Shown here one piece after another: positions 18,395-25,516 of a stretch of 25,516 bases of DNA. Position 1 is the stretch's first letter; every line of letters begins with the position of its first letter. The notes beneath the pieces were generated by a model. The model was not told the DNA's origin. It made no database searches and worked only from the letters and a program-made list of their open reading frames with translations. The position numbers and the translations under genes were made by a program. The DNA is from Thermoproteota archaeon. Lineage in GTDB: Archaea; Thermoproteota; EX4484-205; JAAOZP01. The stretch lies in NCBI GenBank assembly GCA_049700215.1, contig JBNAVT010000019.1, positions 16,586-42,101 on the forward strand, read 5' to 3'.

Positions 18395-19627
18395 TTATGC
18401 TTCAAGAAGCCATTTCCATATAGGCATGTATCTTATTCCTACATTTCTCACTTTAGTCTCCCCTTCCTGATCCCTAGTGATGCAAAGCAGGTTTTTGCAA
18501 CTGAGTTCTTCACTCGCCTTCACCATCTTCCTTACATGCTCCTCGTCAACCTCGTAGCATACTTCAATCACCTGCTCGATTCGGCTGCCGGTTTTGACAA
18601 CGAAATCTATCTCTCCCCCGTCCTTCGTCACATGGTAAAACACCTGGGAAATCTTGTTTTGAAGCCTTCTTAAAAGCTCGATGAAAACCAGGTTTTCCAT
18701 TTTCCTACCTAGGTCCAAGGGTTTTTCGAAAAGGTTTGAAAAAGCGAGGTCGATCACGTAGATTTTCTTCGGCGAAACCGCTCTCTCCCTTTCCGAATAC
18801 GAGAATCTCTGGAGAGTGAATATTAGGAAAGCCTGAGCCATATAGTTTATGTAATTTATAAGCGTTTTAGTGTCGATTCTAACATTCAGCGTTTCCATGA
18901 ATCTCTTCAAAGAGTTCCAAGTAAACGAGTTCGAATAGTTTGAGAGGACGAAGTAGAAAACGCTCTGGAACTCCGCCATATTCCGTATTCTAAACCTCTC
19001 CACCAAGTCTCTGTAGAAGATTGTTTCAAGCAGGGACACGATTTTCTCCCTCGACCTGTAGAGCCACACTTCAGGGAAGCCTCCCCATTTCACGTATTCT
19101 TCGAAAACTCTTTGCGCCTGCCCCCTTTCCCTGAAGGTTTTGGGGGAAACATTGGAAACCTCTCTGAATGAAAAGGGCGTCACCAGTTTTGAAACGTATC
19201 TTCCTCTTAATCTCGTTGGTATCTCGGAGGATTGCAGTGACGAAGAGGAACCGGAGATGACGACAGTGAAGTCTTTAACATCATGCAGCCACCTCAAATT
19301 AAAACCCCAGTCCCGCCATTCCTGAATCTCGTCGAGAAAAAGATTAACCTTCCCCTCAGGATACTCTTTTCGCACCAGCTCGCCAAATCTCCTAACAGGG
19401 ATCTTCCTAAGAGAAGGCTCGTCGAACGAGGCGTAAATAACCTGTTTATTGCTCTTTAACATATTGTTTGCAGTTTTAAGCATGAGAAAAGTTTTACCGG
19501 ATCTTCTCGGTCCTACTACTGCCACTATGTCCGGGCTTACAGTAGGCAGTGCAATTTCTCTTTGAATCTCCCTCACGTATCTCAACGAATCTAAATACTC
19601 GTAAGTGATTTCTAACAGTTGTCCCAT
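18395..19627 (-). CDS. AAA_14/DUF4143 ATP-binding protein (AAA+, wHTH, PD-(D/E)xK-like)
   Basis: GPRRSGKT, FLDEIQ, ISGSSS, LRGR, PFSFRE, GGFPE, PKKIY..D, ENLVF.EL, EIDFVV. Confidence 0.93.
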   Translation of the reverse strand: MGQLLEITYEYLDSLRYVREIQREIALPTVSPDIVAVVGPRRSGKTFLMLKTANNMLKSNKQVIYASFDEPSLRKIPVRRFGELVRKEYPEGKVNLFLDEIQEWRDWGFNLRWLHDVKDFTVVISGSSSSLQSSEIPTRLRGRYVSKLVTPFSFREVSNVSPKTFRERGQAQRVFEEYVKWGGFPEVWLYRSREKIVSLLETIFYRDLVERFRIRNMAEFQSVFYFVLSNYSNSFTWNSLKRFMETLNVRIDTKTLINYINYMAQAFLIFTLQRFSYSERERAVSPKKIYVIDLAFSNLFEKPLDLGRKMENLVFIELLRRLQNKISQVFYHVTKDGGEIDFVVKTGSRIEQVIEVCYEVDEEHVRKMVKASEELSCKNLLCITRDQEGETKVRNVGIRYMPIWKWLLEA

Positions 19628-19682
19628 TTATGGAATGCTGTTCCAAAGGTACTTATAAATCTTATGGAGTCTCATTCCATAA
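19628..19682 (-). promoter_or_regulatory. TATA box between two palindromic operator-like sites
   Basis: TTATGGA-N7-TCCAAAG (19628-19648) and TTATGGA-N7-TCCATAA (19662-19682) flank ATTTATAAGT (minus strand, 19660-19651). Confidence 0.65.
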
Positions 19683-19693
19683 AATTATAAGCT

Positions 19694-19767
19694 GAATCCA
19701 CTGGCGCGCTGCGAGCCAGTGGACATAGAATAGTGTTGCTTAAATAAGTTTCTTACAGCAATATATG
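19694..19767 (+). repeat. Direct repeat, copy 2, with 11-nt GC-rich insert
   Basis: Same as copy 1 plus GGCGCGCTGCG at 19703-19713. Contains TTAAATA, the probable TATA box of the downstream gene. Confidence 0.92.
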
Positions 19768-19830
19768 CAGTAAATGAGCTTTAACCTCAACCGTACTGGA
19801 CACGGTGTTCGGGCTGTTGAGGTCGTGACG

Positions 19831-21039
19831 ATGGTGGGAAAATTAATCCTCTTTACTTTCGCTCTTCTAATTCTGGTTGCCGACACTGCTCCGTGTACTG
19901 GTCTCGAGGAAAGAACTATTCTTGTTCCCGACGATTATAGATCTATTCAGGCTGCTTTAGATGCTGCAAGCGATGGGGACAGTATCGTCGTTAGAGACGG
20001 GGTTTACGTGGAAAGAATAATGATTAGGAAGCGGGTGACGATAAGGTCTGAGAAGGGACCGGATAAGTGCGTAATCGCGCCTCCGCCTTCATACGGTTTA
20101 GTGGCGGCGGTGGTTAATGTAAGCTCTAACAGTGTCAAGATAGAGGGCTTTACTGTTGAAGGCAGCTCTAATGAAATCGGGATCGCTGTAAGCAATGCTG
20201 AGGAGTGCGAGGTAGTGAATAACATTGTTAGAGGCTGCCTCATCGGGATCTTGTTTTTCAAAGCGGATAAAAACAAGGCGGTAAACAATACGCTTATCGA
20301 AAACGATTTCGGAATGAGCTTGGAAGCCGCGGGCAATAACGTTATAACGCGTAACGTTTTCGTGAAGGGCGGGATTAGTGTTGTCGACTCATACGGAAAC
20401 CGTGTTGAAGAGAATATTGTTAACGGGAAGGAGTTGATCTATCTTGAAGGCGTGAGCAACCGCGTGGTTAACCAGGGTGGGCAGGTGATCGCCGTAAACT
20501 GCATCGGGATAATTGTCAAGGGGCTTAACATTTCAGACACCGCGGTCGGCATAGAATTTCACAATACTAGGAATTCAAGAATAGAAGCCAATATCATTAG
20601 GAACAGCAGCGCGCGCGACGGGGTTGGCGACACTCCCTGCGAAATCGGTAAGGCTGTTGACAAGTATCCGCTCGCGAGGCCGCGTAGCCATTACGTTCTC
20701 CTCCATGGGAAACTGTTCATGGTTGAAGTCTCTAGCGAGAAGGGAGAGGTCTCGGGTGGAGGTCTTTACGAGGCGGGTGACATCGTCACCGTGCTAGTCA
20801 CACCCCCGCTCATAAGGGGCTTCCTAACTAACGAGGTGTTTAAAGGCTGGGTTGCTGAGAACGGTACAATGGTTTCAACCTCCCCTGCTTTCTCGTTTAC
20901 TGTTAGGCGATCCTTGTCGTTAGAAGCATCTTGGGAGACCCAGCCCAATCTGATGGGGATAGCTGTGGTTACCGGAGCGATTGCGATAGTGGTGATGCTG
21001 CTACTGGCATTAGTCAAGAGAAGGTCGGAAAAATTCTAG
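19831..21039 (+). CDS. NosD/CASH parallel beta-helix cell-surface protein with C-terminal TM anchor, internally deleted
   Basis: Signal peptide, VPDDY.SIQAA.DAA..GD.I.V..G.Y.E, beta-helix repeats, VNGK.L.YLE, DGVGDTP...DKYPL, GGGLYEAG...FKGW repeat, TM helix + KRR. ATG 19831 has GAGGT upstream; the alternative start is 19774. Confidence 0.85.
   Translation: MVGKLILFTFALLILVADTAPCTGLEERTILVPDDYRSIQAALDAASDGDSIVVRDGVYVERIMIRKRVTIRSEKGPDKCVIAPPPSYGLVAAVVNVSSNSVKIEGFTVEGSSNEIGIAVSNAEECEVVNNIVRGCLIGILFFKADKNKAVNNTLIENDFGMSLEAAGNNVITRNVFVKGGISVVDSYGNRVEENIVNGKELIYLEGVSNRVVNQGGQVIAVNCIGIIVKGLNISDTAVGIEFHNTRNSRIEANIIRNSSARDGVGDTPCEIGKAVDKYPLARPRSHYVLLHGKLFMVEVSSEKGEVSGGGLYEAGDIVTVLVTPPLIRGFLTNEVFKGWVAENGTMVSTSPAFSFTVRRSLSLEASWETQPNLMGIAVVTGAIAIVVMLLLALVKRRSEKF
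20608..20617. repeat. (GC)n tract AGCGCGCGCG, in frame (NSSARDG)
   Basis: At the apparent internal deletion of the beta-helix protein. Confidence 0.85.
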
Positions 21040-21165
21040 TTAAACGGAGCTATTTCTTTTTATCGTCTCCCCAGCTTTAGAGAAGGCTGTTGAATGTTTA
21101 AGGTGTTTAGCGGTTGAGCGCGCGGAAGAAGATGATAGCTCGTCAAGATTATGCTTTTAGAATTC

Positions 21166-22281
21166 TTAAGATGAACGTAGGGTTTCCTCGTAGGCCTCCT
21201 CTATCTTTTCCACAACTATGCTCCAATCGTATTTCTTCACTTCTCTGAAAGCGTTCGAAGAAATTCTTTCAGAAAGCTCTTCGTCTTCAAGCAGAGTTAA
21301 GACGCTTTTCGCCAACCCTTCTATCTTGTTCCTTCTCACCAGTAAGCCTGTTTCCATGTGTTTCACTACTTCCTGCACTCCGCCTTGGGCTGTCGCCACA
21401 ACCGGGGTCTTTGAAGCCATTGCTTCCAATAGCACAATTCCGAAGGATTCGCCGAAGACCGAGGGCATGACGAAGACGTTAGCCTTCTGATAGAGATCGA
21501 CAAGCTCATTCTTGCTTAAGCCTTCCCTTATAAAGACGTTATCCTGAAGATTCAGGGTTTTCGCAAATACTTTCAGGATGGGGCTCAAGTATCCGGAGCC
21601 CGCTATCGTCAGCTCCGCCTCCTTCTTTTCATCAACCACCTGCTTCATGGCTTCTAGAAGCAGGTGTAACCCTTTCCTGTACACTAGCCTTCCGACGAAG
21701 AGCACGCTTTTCCCGTCGAACTTCTTAACCCGTGGAGCATACTCTTCAACATTTACCCCGTTAGGGATAATGCTTACCTCTTTATCTGTGAAATGCGAGA
21801 TGAAGGTTGCTGCCGCCCTGCTTACGGCTATTATCCTGTCGGTACTGTTAATATACTGTTTAAGCGGGAACATTATGAATGAGGAGGGTTTCCACAGGTA
21901 GTTGAAATCGTAAAGGAACTGTATCGAATGGTTAGTCAGCACAGTCTTTACTCCAAGCCTTTTACCCACGAGTATGGAGAACAAGGAGATTGGGGAGAAA
22001 GCATGGTGAGCATGTATGATTTCCGGCTTCTCTCTTCTAAGAACCTCCTCCAGCTCATCCATGTAAGGAAGGTCTAGTGTTTGCGAGCTTCGGAACAGGG
22101 ATTTAATCCGGACGACTTTTAAGCCGCGCGCGCGCTGGGCTTCATCGTTGAAATCCGCGGTTTTAGTGATTATGACTACTTCATGCCCCCTTTTCTCCAG
22201 TGTTCTCGCCAGGTTCTCCATGTGCGTCGTTATGCCGCCTGTTTTCGGGTAAAAATAGTCGCTGCATAAGGCGATCTTCAA
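21166..22281 (-). CDS. Glycosyltransferase family 4 (PigA-like)
   Basis: MKIALCSDYFYP..GG...H, HAHHAFS, TNHS, IPNGV, VGRLVYRKG, ESFGIVLLEAMA. Confidence 0.93.
   Translation of the reverse strand: MKIALCSDYFYPKTGGITTHMENLARTLEKRGHEVVIITKTADFNDEAQRARGLKVVRIKSLFRSSQTLDLPYMDELEEVLRREKPEIIHAHHAFSPISLFSILVGKRLGVKTVLTNHSIQFLYDFNYLWKPSSFIMFPLKQYINSTDRIIAVSRAAATFISHFTDKEVSIIPNGVNVEEYAPRVKKFDGKSVLFVGRLVYRKGLHLLLEAMKQVVDEKKEAELTIAGSGYLSPILKVFAKTLNLQDNVFIREGLSKNELVDLYQKANVFVMPSVFGESFGIVLLEAMASKTPVVATAQGGVQEVVKHMETGLLVRRNKIEGLAKSVLTLLEDEELSERISSNAFREVKKYDWSIVVEKIEEAYEETLRSS
22125..22136. repeat. (GC)n tract CGCGCGCGCGCT, in frame (EAQRARGL)
   Basis: In a loop of an otherwise intact GT4. Confidence 0.85.
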
Positions 22282-23192
22282 AGGTTTTCACCGAGTTGAA
22301 GAACAATCATGTTGAATCCTCCGAGAAGAATTAAGACGTACGCGATGCATGTGCAGGCGTCTGCAAGCTTCAAATAACAGTCGAACCGTGTCCACTTCAA
22401 GCCTGCTAGAGCAGACGATACGGTAAAGATTAGAATGAGGCTCATGACGCTAGGGTAGATAAGGAGAGAGGCTGCTGACAGAAGCAGCCAGTGAAGAATT
22501 AGGAGTGTTTTTAAAACGGATAAGGATTTTTCATAGCCCAGCCAACAGACAGTGGTTCTTGTCCCGGAGCTTAAATCTACTTGGAAATCATCCAGATGGT
22601 TTCTCAACTCGAGAACAACCGAGTAGGTAAAGATCGAGGCTCCGACGAGGATGGTTTGGAGAGTTACACTGCCTGAGGCTGAAACACCGTAGAGATACAA
22701 TAGTGCTCCAAAGAATAAACCGTGAGAAGCCAGATCCATAAAGGGCACGGATTTAAGCCTGAGGGGAGGAGTAGAGTAGGCTAGTGAAAGAGCGACCAGC
22801 AGAAGGTAGATTGAGAAGCAGCTTCCGAACCAGAGGTATGTCAGCAACAGGCCCGTGACGGCTAGGCTTGACGAAAATATAATGCTCTCCTTAAACTTAA
22901 TCCTTCCCGTGGCAACAGGGTTTTTCTCAGCCTTGTCTTCTCGCAGCGCGTCGCTCTCCGCATCGAAAGAATTGTTGATGGAGAAGGAGAATGCAAGGTA
23001 GAAGGCTGTTGTCAACATGAACTTGAAGACTTCCAACGGTATCGAGGCAGCTGTGAACCCTGGGCTAGAGATGAAGCCGAGCATAGCAATACCCATGTAT
23101 GCTCTCCATTCGAGAACCCTGGAGTCGCGAGAATAGGATGCGAGGCGCGACGCAACGGGTTGGAGCACGCGCTCCACCGGGGGCGTTCTCAT
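22278..23192 (-). CDS. UbiA prenyltransferase family
   Basis: FSINNSFDAESD...KNPVATG, YSTPPLRLKSVP..D, NHLDDFQVD..SG..T, multiple TM helices. 4-nt overlap with the GT4 start. Confidence 0.92.
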   Translation of the reverse strand: MRTPPVERVLQPVASRLASYSRDSRVLEWRAYMGIAMLGFISSPGFTAASIPLEVFKFMLTTAFYLAFSFSINNSFDAESDALREDKAEKNPVATGRIKFKESIIFSSSLAVTGLLLTYLWFGSCFSIYLLLVALSLAYSTPPLRLKSVPFMDLASHGLFFGALLYLYGVSASGSVTLQTILVGASIFTYSVVLELRNHLDDFQVDLSSGTRTTVCWLGYEKSLSVLKTLLILHWLLLSAASLLIYPSVMSLILIFTVSSALAGLKWTRFDCYLKLADACTCIAYVLILLGGFNMIVLQLGENL

Positions 23193-23371
23193 CGGTTTCT
23201 TTAATACTTCTCGTAAGCCGGTTTCTTAAAGTTATCTGAACTTTTAAATAGAGAAAAAACACTATTGCTTGGTTGTAGCACACACTGTTGAAAAACAGTG
23301 TTCGACGCTGTACTGGTTATTCCATAGTTCTTGCCAAACGATAGCTTTATTAGATTTGAAAAGGCATTTAC

Positions 23372-24133
23372 GTGTTTCGTGAACAGCGCGTGGTAAGCAG
23401 GCAGGATTACGAGGATTCTGTCGATGAATTCGTGAGTATTATTGAAAGAGAGTTGACCGATAAGGTTGTGGCTGTCTACGCAGCCGGGAGTTTCGCAAGG
23501 GGCGACTACAAGCCTGGGAGAAGCGACATCGACTTGTACATCGTGGTGAAGGAGGAGGATGAAGACCTTAAGAGAAGACTTAACGAGATTGCCAGGGGGA
23601 TAAAAGATAAGAATTTGAAAGAAGTTGAAAACTATAATCCGGAGCCTCTCAGCCTGGCTTTCACGACGCTAGACGAGGTTAAAAGCGGCAGCTCGTGGCT
23701 GGGTCTAGGATGGGAGTACCACGTTTTCCTGCGCGAAGGCAGGCTGCTCTATGGTGTAGACGTTAAAGGGCTTATTCGGAAGCCGGCTCGGGAAAACGAA
23801 ACACTCTTAGCGAGAGAATTCCTAGGAAGGTTAAAGAGGGGTCATGAGATTCAAAGGCTGTTCTCAGTGGTTTTTAGAGCAACATCCATCTTCCTCAGCC
23901 TAAGCGGGGTTTACGTCGCAGCCAAGGGGGATGTGGTGAAAGAGTTTAAAAGAGTGTACCCGGGTGAGAAAGACAGTATTAAGGCTCTGGAAAGAGCATA
24001 CGAGCTATGGAGCCTCTGGGCGGAGAGAGATCTGGCGGATGAGGAGGTTCTAGAATTGTTCAGTGTAGCCCTAAAGATGCTTAACACCGTATGGAGGCTG
24101 GTGAAAAAGGGGGAAACGGGTGCGCGCACTTGA
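23372..24133 (+). CDS. Pol-beta-type nucleotidyltransferase with helical C-terminal domain
   Basis: GSFARGDYKPGRSDIDLYIVV (GS...DxD), EGRLLYG. Confidence 0.85.
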   Translation: MFREQRVVSRQDYEDSVDEFVSIIERELTDKVVAVYAAGSFARGDYKPGRSDIDLYIVVKEEDEDLKRRLNEIARGIKDKNLKEVENYNPEPLSLAFTTLDEVKSGSSWLGLGWEYHVFLREGRLLYGVDVKGLIRKPARENETLLAREFLGRLKRGHEIQRLFSVVFRATSIFLSLSGVYVAAKGDVVKEFKRVYPGEKDSIKALERAYELWSLWAERDLADEEVLELFSVALKMLNTVWRLVKKGETGART

Positions 24134-24274
24134 GAAGCATACGGCTGAACTGGTCCGGAGAGAAACCATTAGCCAGACGTGTTTCTAGCGTGCACTATGC
24201 TTGCACCAGTACTTTTCACGGAGGATACTGGCAGGCTGGGTTGACACTTTAAGCCTTGCTCCCGAGTGTTAAAG

Positions 24275-25285
24275 CTACTCGTAAACCAGGTTGCGCGGCC
24301 CAAGCATCTCGTCTATAGCCTTCATCTGGCTTGGCTTAAGCGGCCCGTATTCCAGGGCTCTCGCATTCTCCTCCGCTTGCTTCACTGTTTTGAAGCCGGG
24401 TATCGGTATGGTCATTGGCGACTTAGCCCAGATCCAGCCTATGGCTCCCTGAACAAGCGTTCTCCCGTCTTCCGTCAGTATCTGCCTTATCTGATCCAGT
24501 TTCTTAACATACTCTGGCGCAGGCTTCCCGTTCTTAAAGTAGACCAGCCAGCTTGGCGTGGACCTCCGGACATCGTTCTCAGGCAGGCTTGAGGAGTCTA
24601 GAGTGTACTTTCCTGAGAGGAGCCCCATCGCCAGGGGTCCACGGTTTATGTTGGCCAGCTTTTTCTCCTCGCAGAGCCTGATGATTTCGCTCGTAACCCT
24701 TAAAACGTTTAGCTCGCTTTCAACAGCCACGAAGCGTTCACGGTCGGCGAAGGCGGCTGCACGGCTTGTTGAGTCAGTGCTCCACCCGTAGCCTCGAATA
24801 ACACCTTCGTCAACCAGCTCCTCCAGCGTGTCCATGGTTGCAGCCGCTTTTTCAACAGGATAACCCCATATGTGAAGCAGGTAGATGTCTATGTAGTCTG
24901 TCCTCAGCCTTTTAAGCGAGGCTTCAACCGCTTTACGAGCATACTGGGGGGAACCGTCCTCGCCTGTCTCGCGTCTCGCTTCAGGGTCGAAGGTTAATCC
25001 AAACTTCGTTATGATTATTATTTCGCCACGGTGTTCTCCCAATGCTTCCCCGATGAGCTTCTCGCTGTGGCCGCAGCCGTATACGTCGGCAGTGTCGAAA
25101 ACCCTTACGCCGAGCTCGAAAGCCTTTTTCAAGGCTCTCAGAGCCTCCTCGTCATCAGTCTTCCCCCACCCGTGAGCCAGCCCGTCGGCCCCCGTGATGG
25201 GCCCCCCTATGGCCCATGTTCCAAGGCCTAGGGCGCTCGTCTCAACACTCAGCTTCGGAATCCTTCTCCTGTAGAGTCTCGCCAT
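24275..25285 (-). CDS. Aldo/keto reductase
   Basis: SALGLGTWAIGG, FDTADVYGCGHSE, TKFG, SLKRLRTDYIDIYLLH, PLAMGLLSGK, PIPGFKT. Confidence 0.95.
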   Translation of the reverse strand: MARLYRRRIPKLSVETSALGLGTWAIGGPITGADGLAHGWGKTDDEEALRALKKAFELGVRVFDTADVYGCGHSEKLIGEALGEHRGEIIIITKFGLTFDPEARRETGEDGSPQYARKAVEASLKRLRTDYIDIYLLHIWGYPVEKAAATMDTLEELVDEGVIRGYGWSTDSTSRAAAFADRERFVAVESELNVLRVTSEIIRLCEEKKLANINRGPLAMGLLSGKYTLDSSSLPENDVRRSTPSWLVYFKNGKPAPEYVKKLDQIRQILTEDGRTLVQGAIGWIWAKSPMTIPIPGFKTVKQAEENARALEYGPLKPSQMKAIDEMLGPRNLVYE

Positions 25286-25325
25286 ATCTTACCGCACTAC
25301 AGTCTTGTTTATATTGTTTTTAGAG

Positions 25326-25334
25326 GCGCGCGCT
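25326..25334. repeat. (GC)n tract GCGCGCGCT
   Basis: AGAG-GCGCGCG-CTCT, immediately followed by a headless gene remnant. Confidence 0.85.
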
Positions 25335-25503
25335 CTTTGGGACTCGGTAAATGAAGGGGTTTTTCCTGGAAATGAACAGGGAAGGAGCAAACCCGACATG
25401 GGATTCTAAGAATGGTTGGGTGCAAGGCGGAGCCATGGTGGCGTTCGCCTACGTTACCAAGGCGGGGCGTGCGTGGAACCCCCTGATAAAGGCAAGAAAA
25501 TAA
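25334..25503 (+). pseudogene. C-terminal gene remnant (possibly AGE/epimerase-like alpha-barrel)
   Basis: LWDSVNEG/FFLEMNREGANPTWDSKNGWVQGGAMVAFAY...*, with a frameshift in GGGGTTTTT. Begins at the GC tract. Confidence 0.35.
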
Positions 25504-25516
25504 TACCGTTGAATGG

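Noticed and set aside
24120-24129. GTGCGCGCAC palindrome at the nucleotidyltransferase 3' end
   Set aside because: Possible short scar, but the 6-mer core alone is too weak to count.
23372-24133. Nucleotidyltransferase as the scar-writing enzyme
   Set aside because: It looks like a common MNT-type protein; nothing in the sequence links it to the tracts.
592-25231. Numerous short ORFs overlapping called genes (e.g. 1278-1646, 2194-2604, 4262-4642, 14256-14780, 16245-16748, 20004-20336, 24266-24592)
   Set aside because: Antisense or alternate-frame shadows with no motifs.
5388-25334. GC tracts as CRISPR repeats, REP/MITE elements or a fixed adapter/BssHII fill-in junction
   Set aside because: Too short and irregularly spaced for CRISPR, with no element body or terminal repeats. 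Variable length and imperfect copies argue against a fixed linker, though an artefact is not fully excluded without reads.

Overview
Archaeal chromosomal window. Evidence: EF-1alpha, archaeal TATA boxes about 25-30 nt before start codons, V4R, DUF4143 ATPases and a non-pyrrolysine MttB. The gene mix would fit a TACK lineage such as Brockarchaeota or Bathyarchaeia, but that is inference only. It carries ordinary metabolic genes, an AT-rich ~3.1 kb island with a shredded DUF1156 methylase/DUF499 ATPase restriction-like system, and a decaying locus for large surface proteins. The main signal is a short variable-length palindromic tract, consensus TAG(CG)3-4CTA. I found GCGCGCGC 13 times, against about 0.4 expected by chance, plus several shorter variants. 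These tracts sit at gene-deletion junctions, at both island edges, and as small in-frame insertions. One copy of a 63-bp duplicated promoter segment carries an extra GGCGCGCTGCG in the middle of a palindrome. This looks like a (GC)n filler left by a DNA break-repair or excision mechanism I do not recognise. An assembly or library artefact cannot be excluded without reads. A second signal is a shared promoter architecture (operator-like repeats 34 bp apart around the TATA box) in front of both DUF4143 ATPase paralogs. All family calls are from motif recognition by eye; no searches were run.
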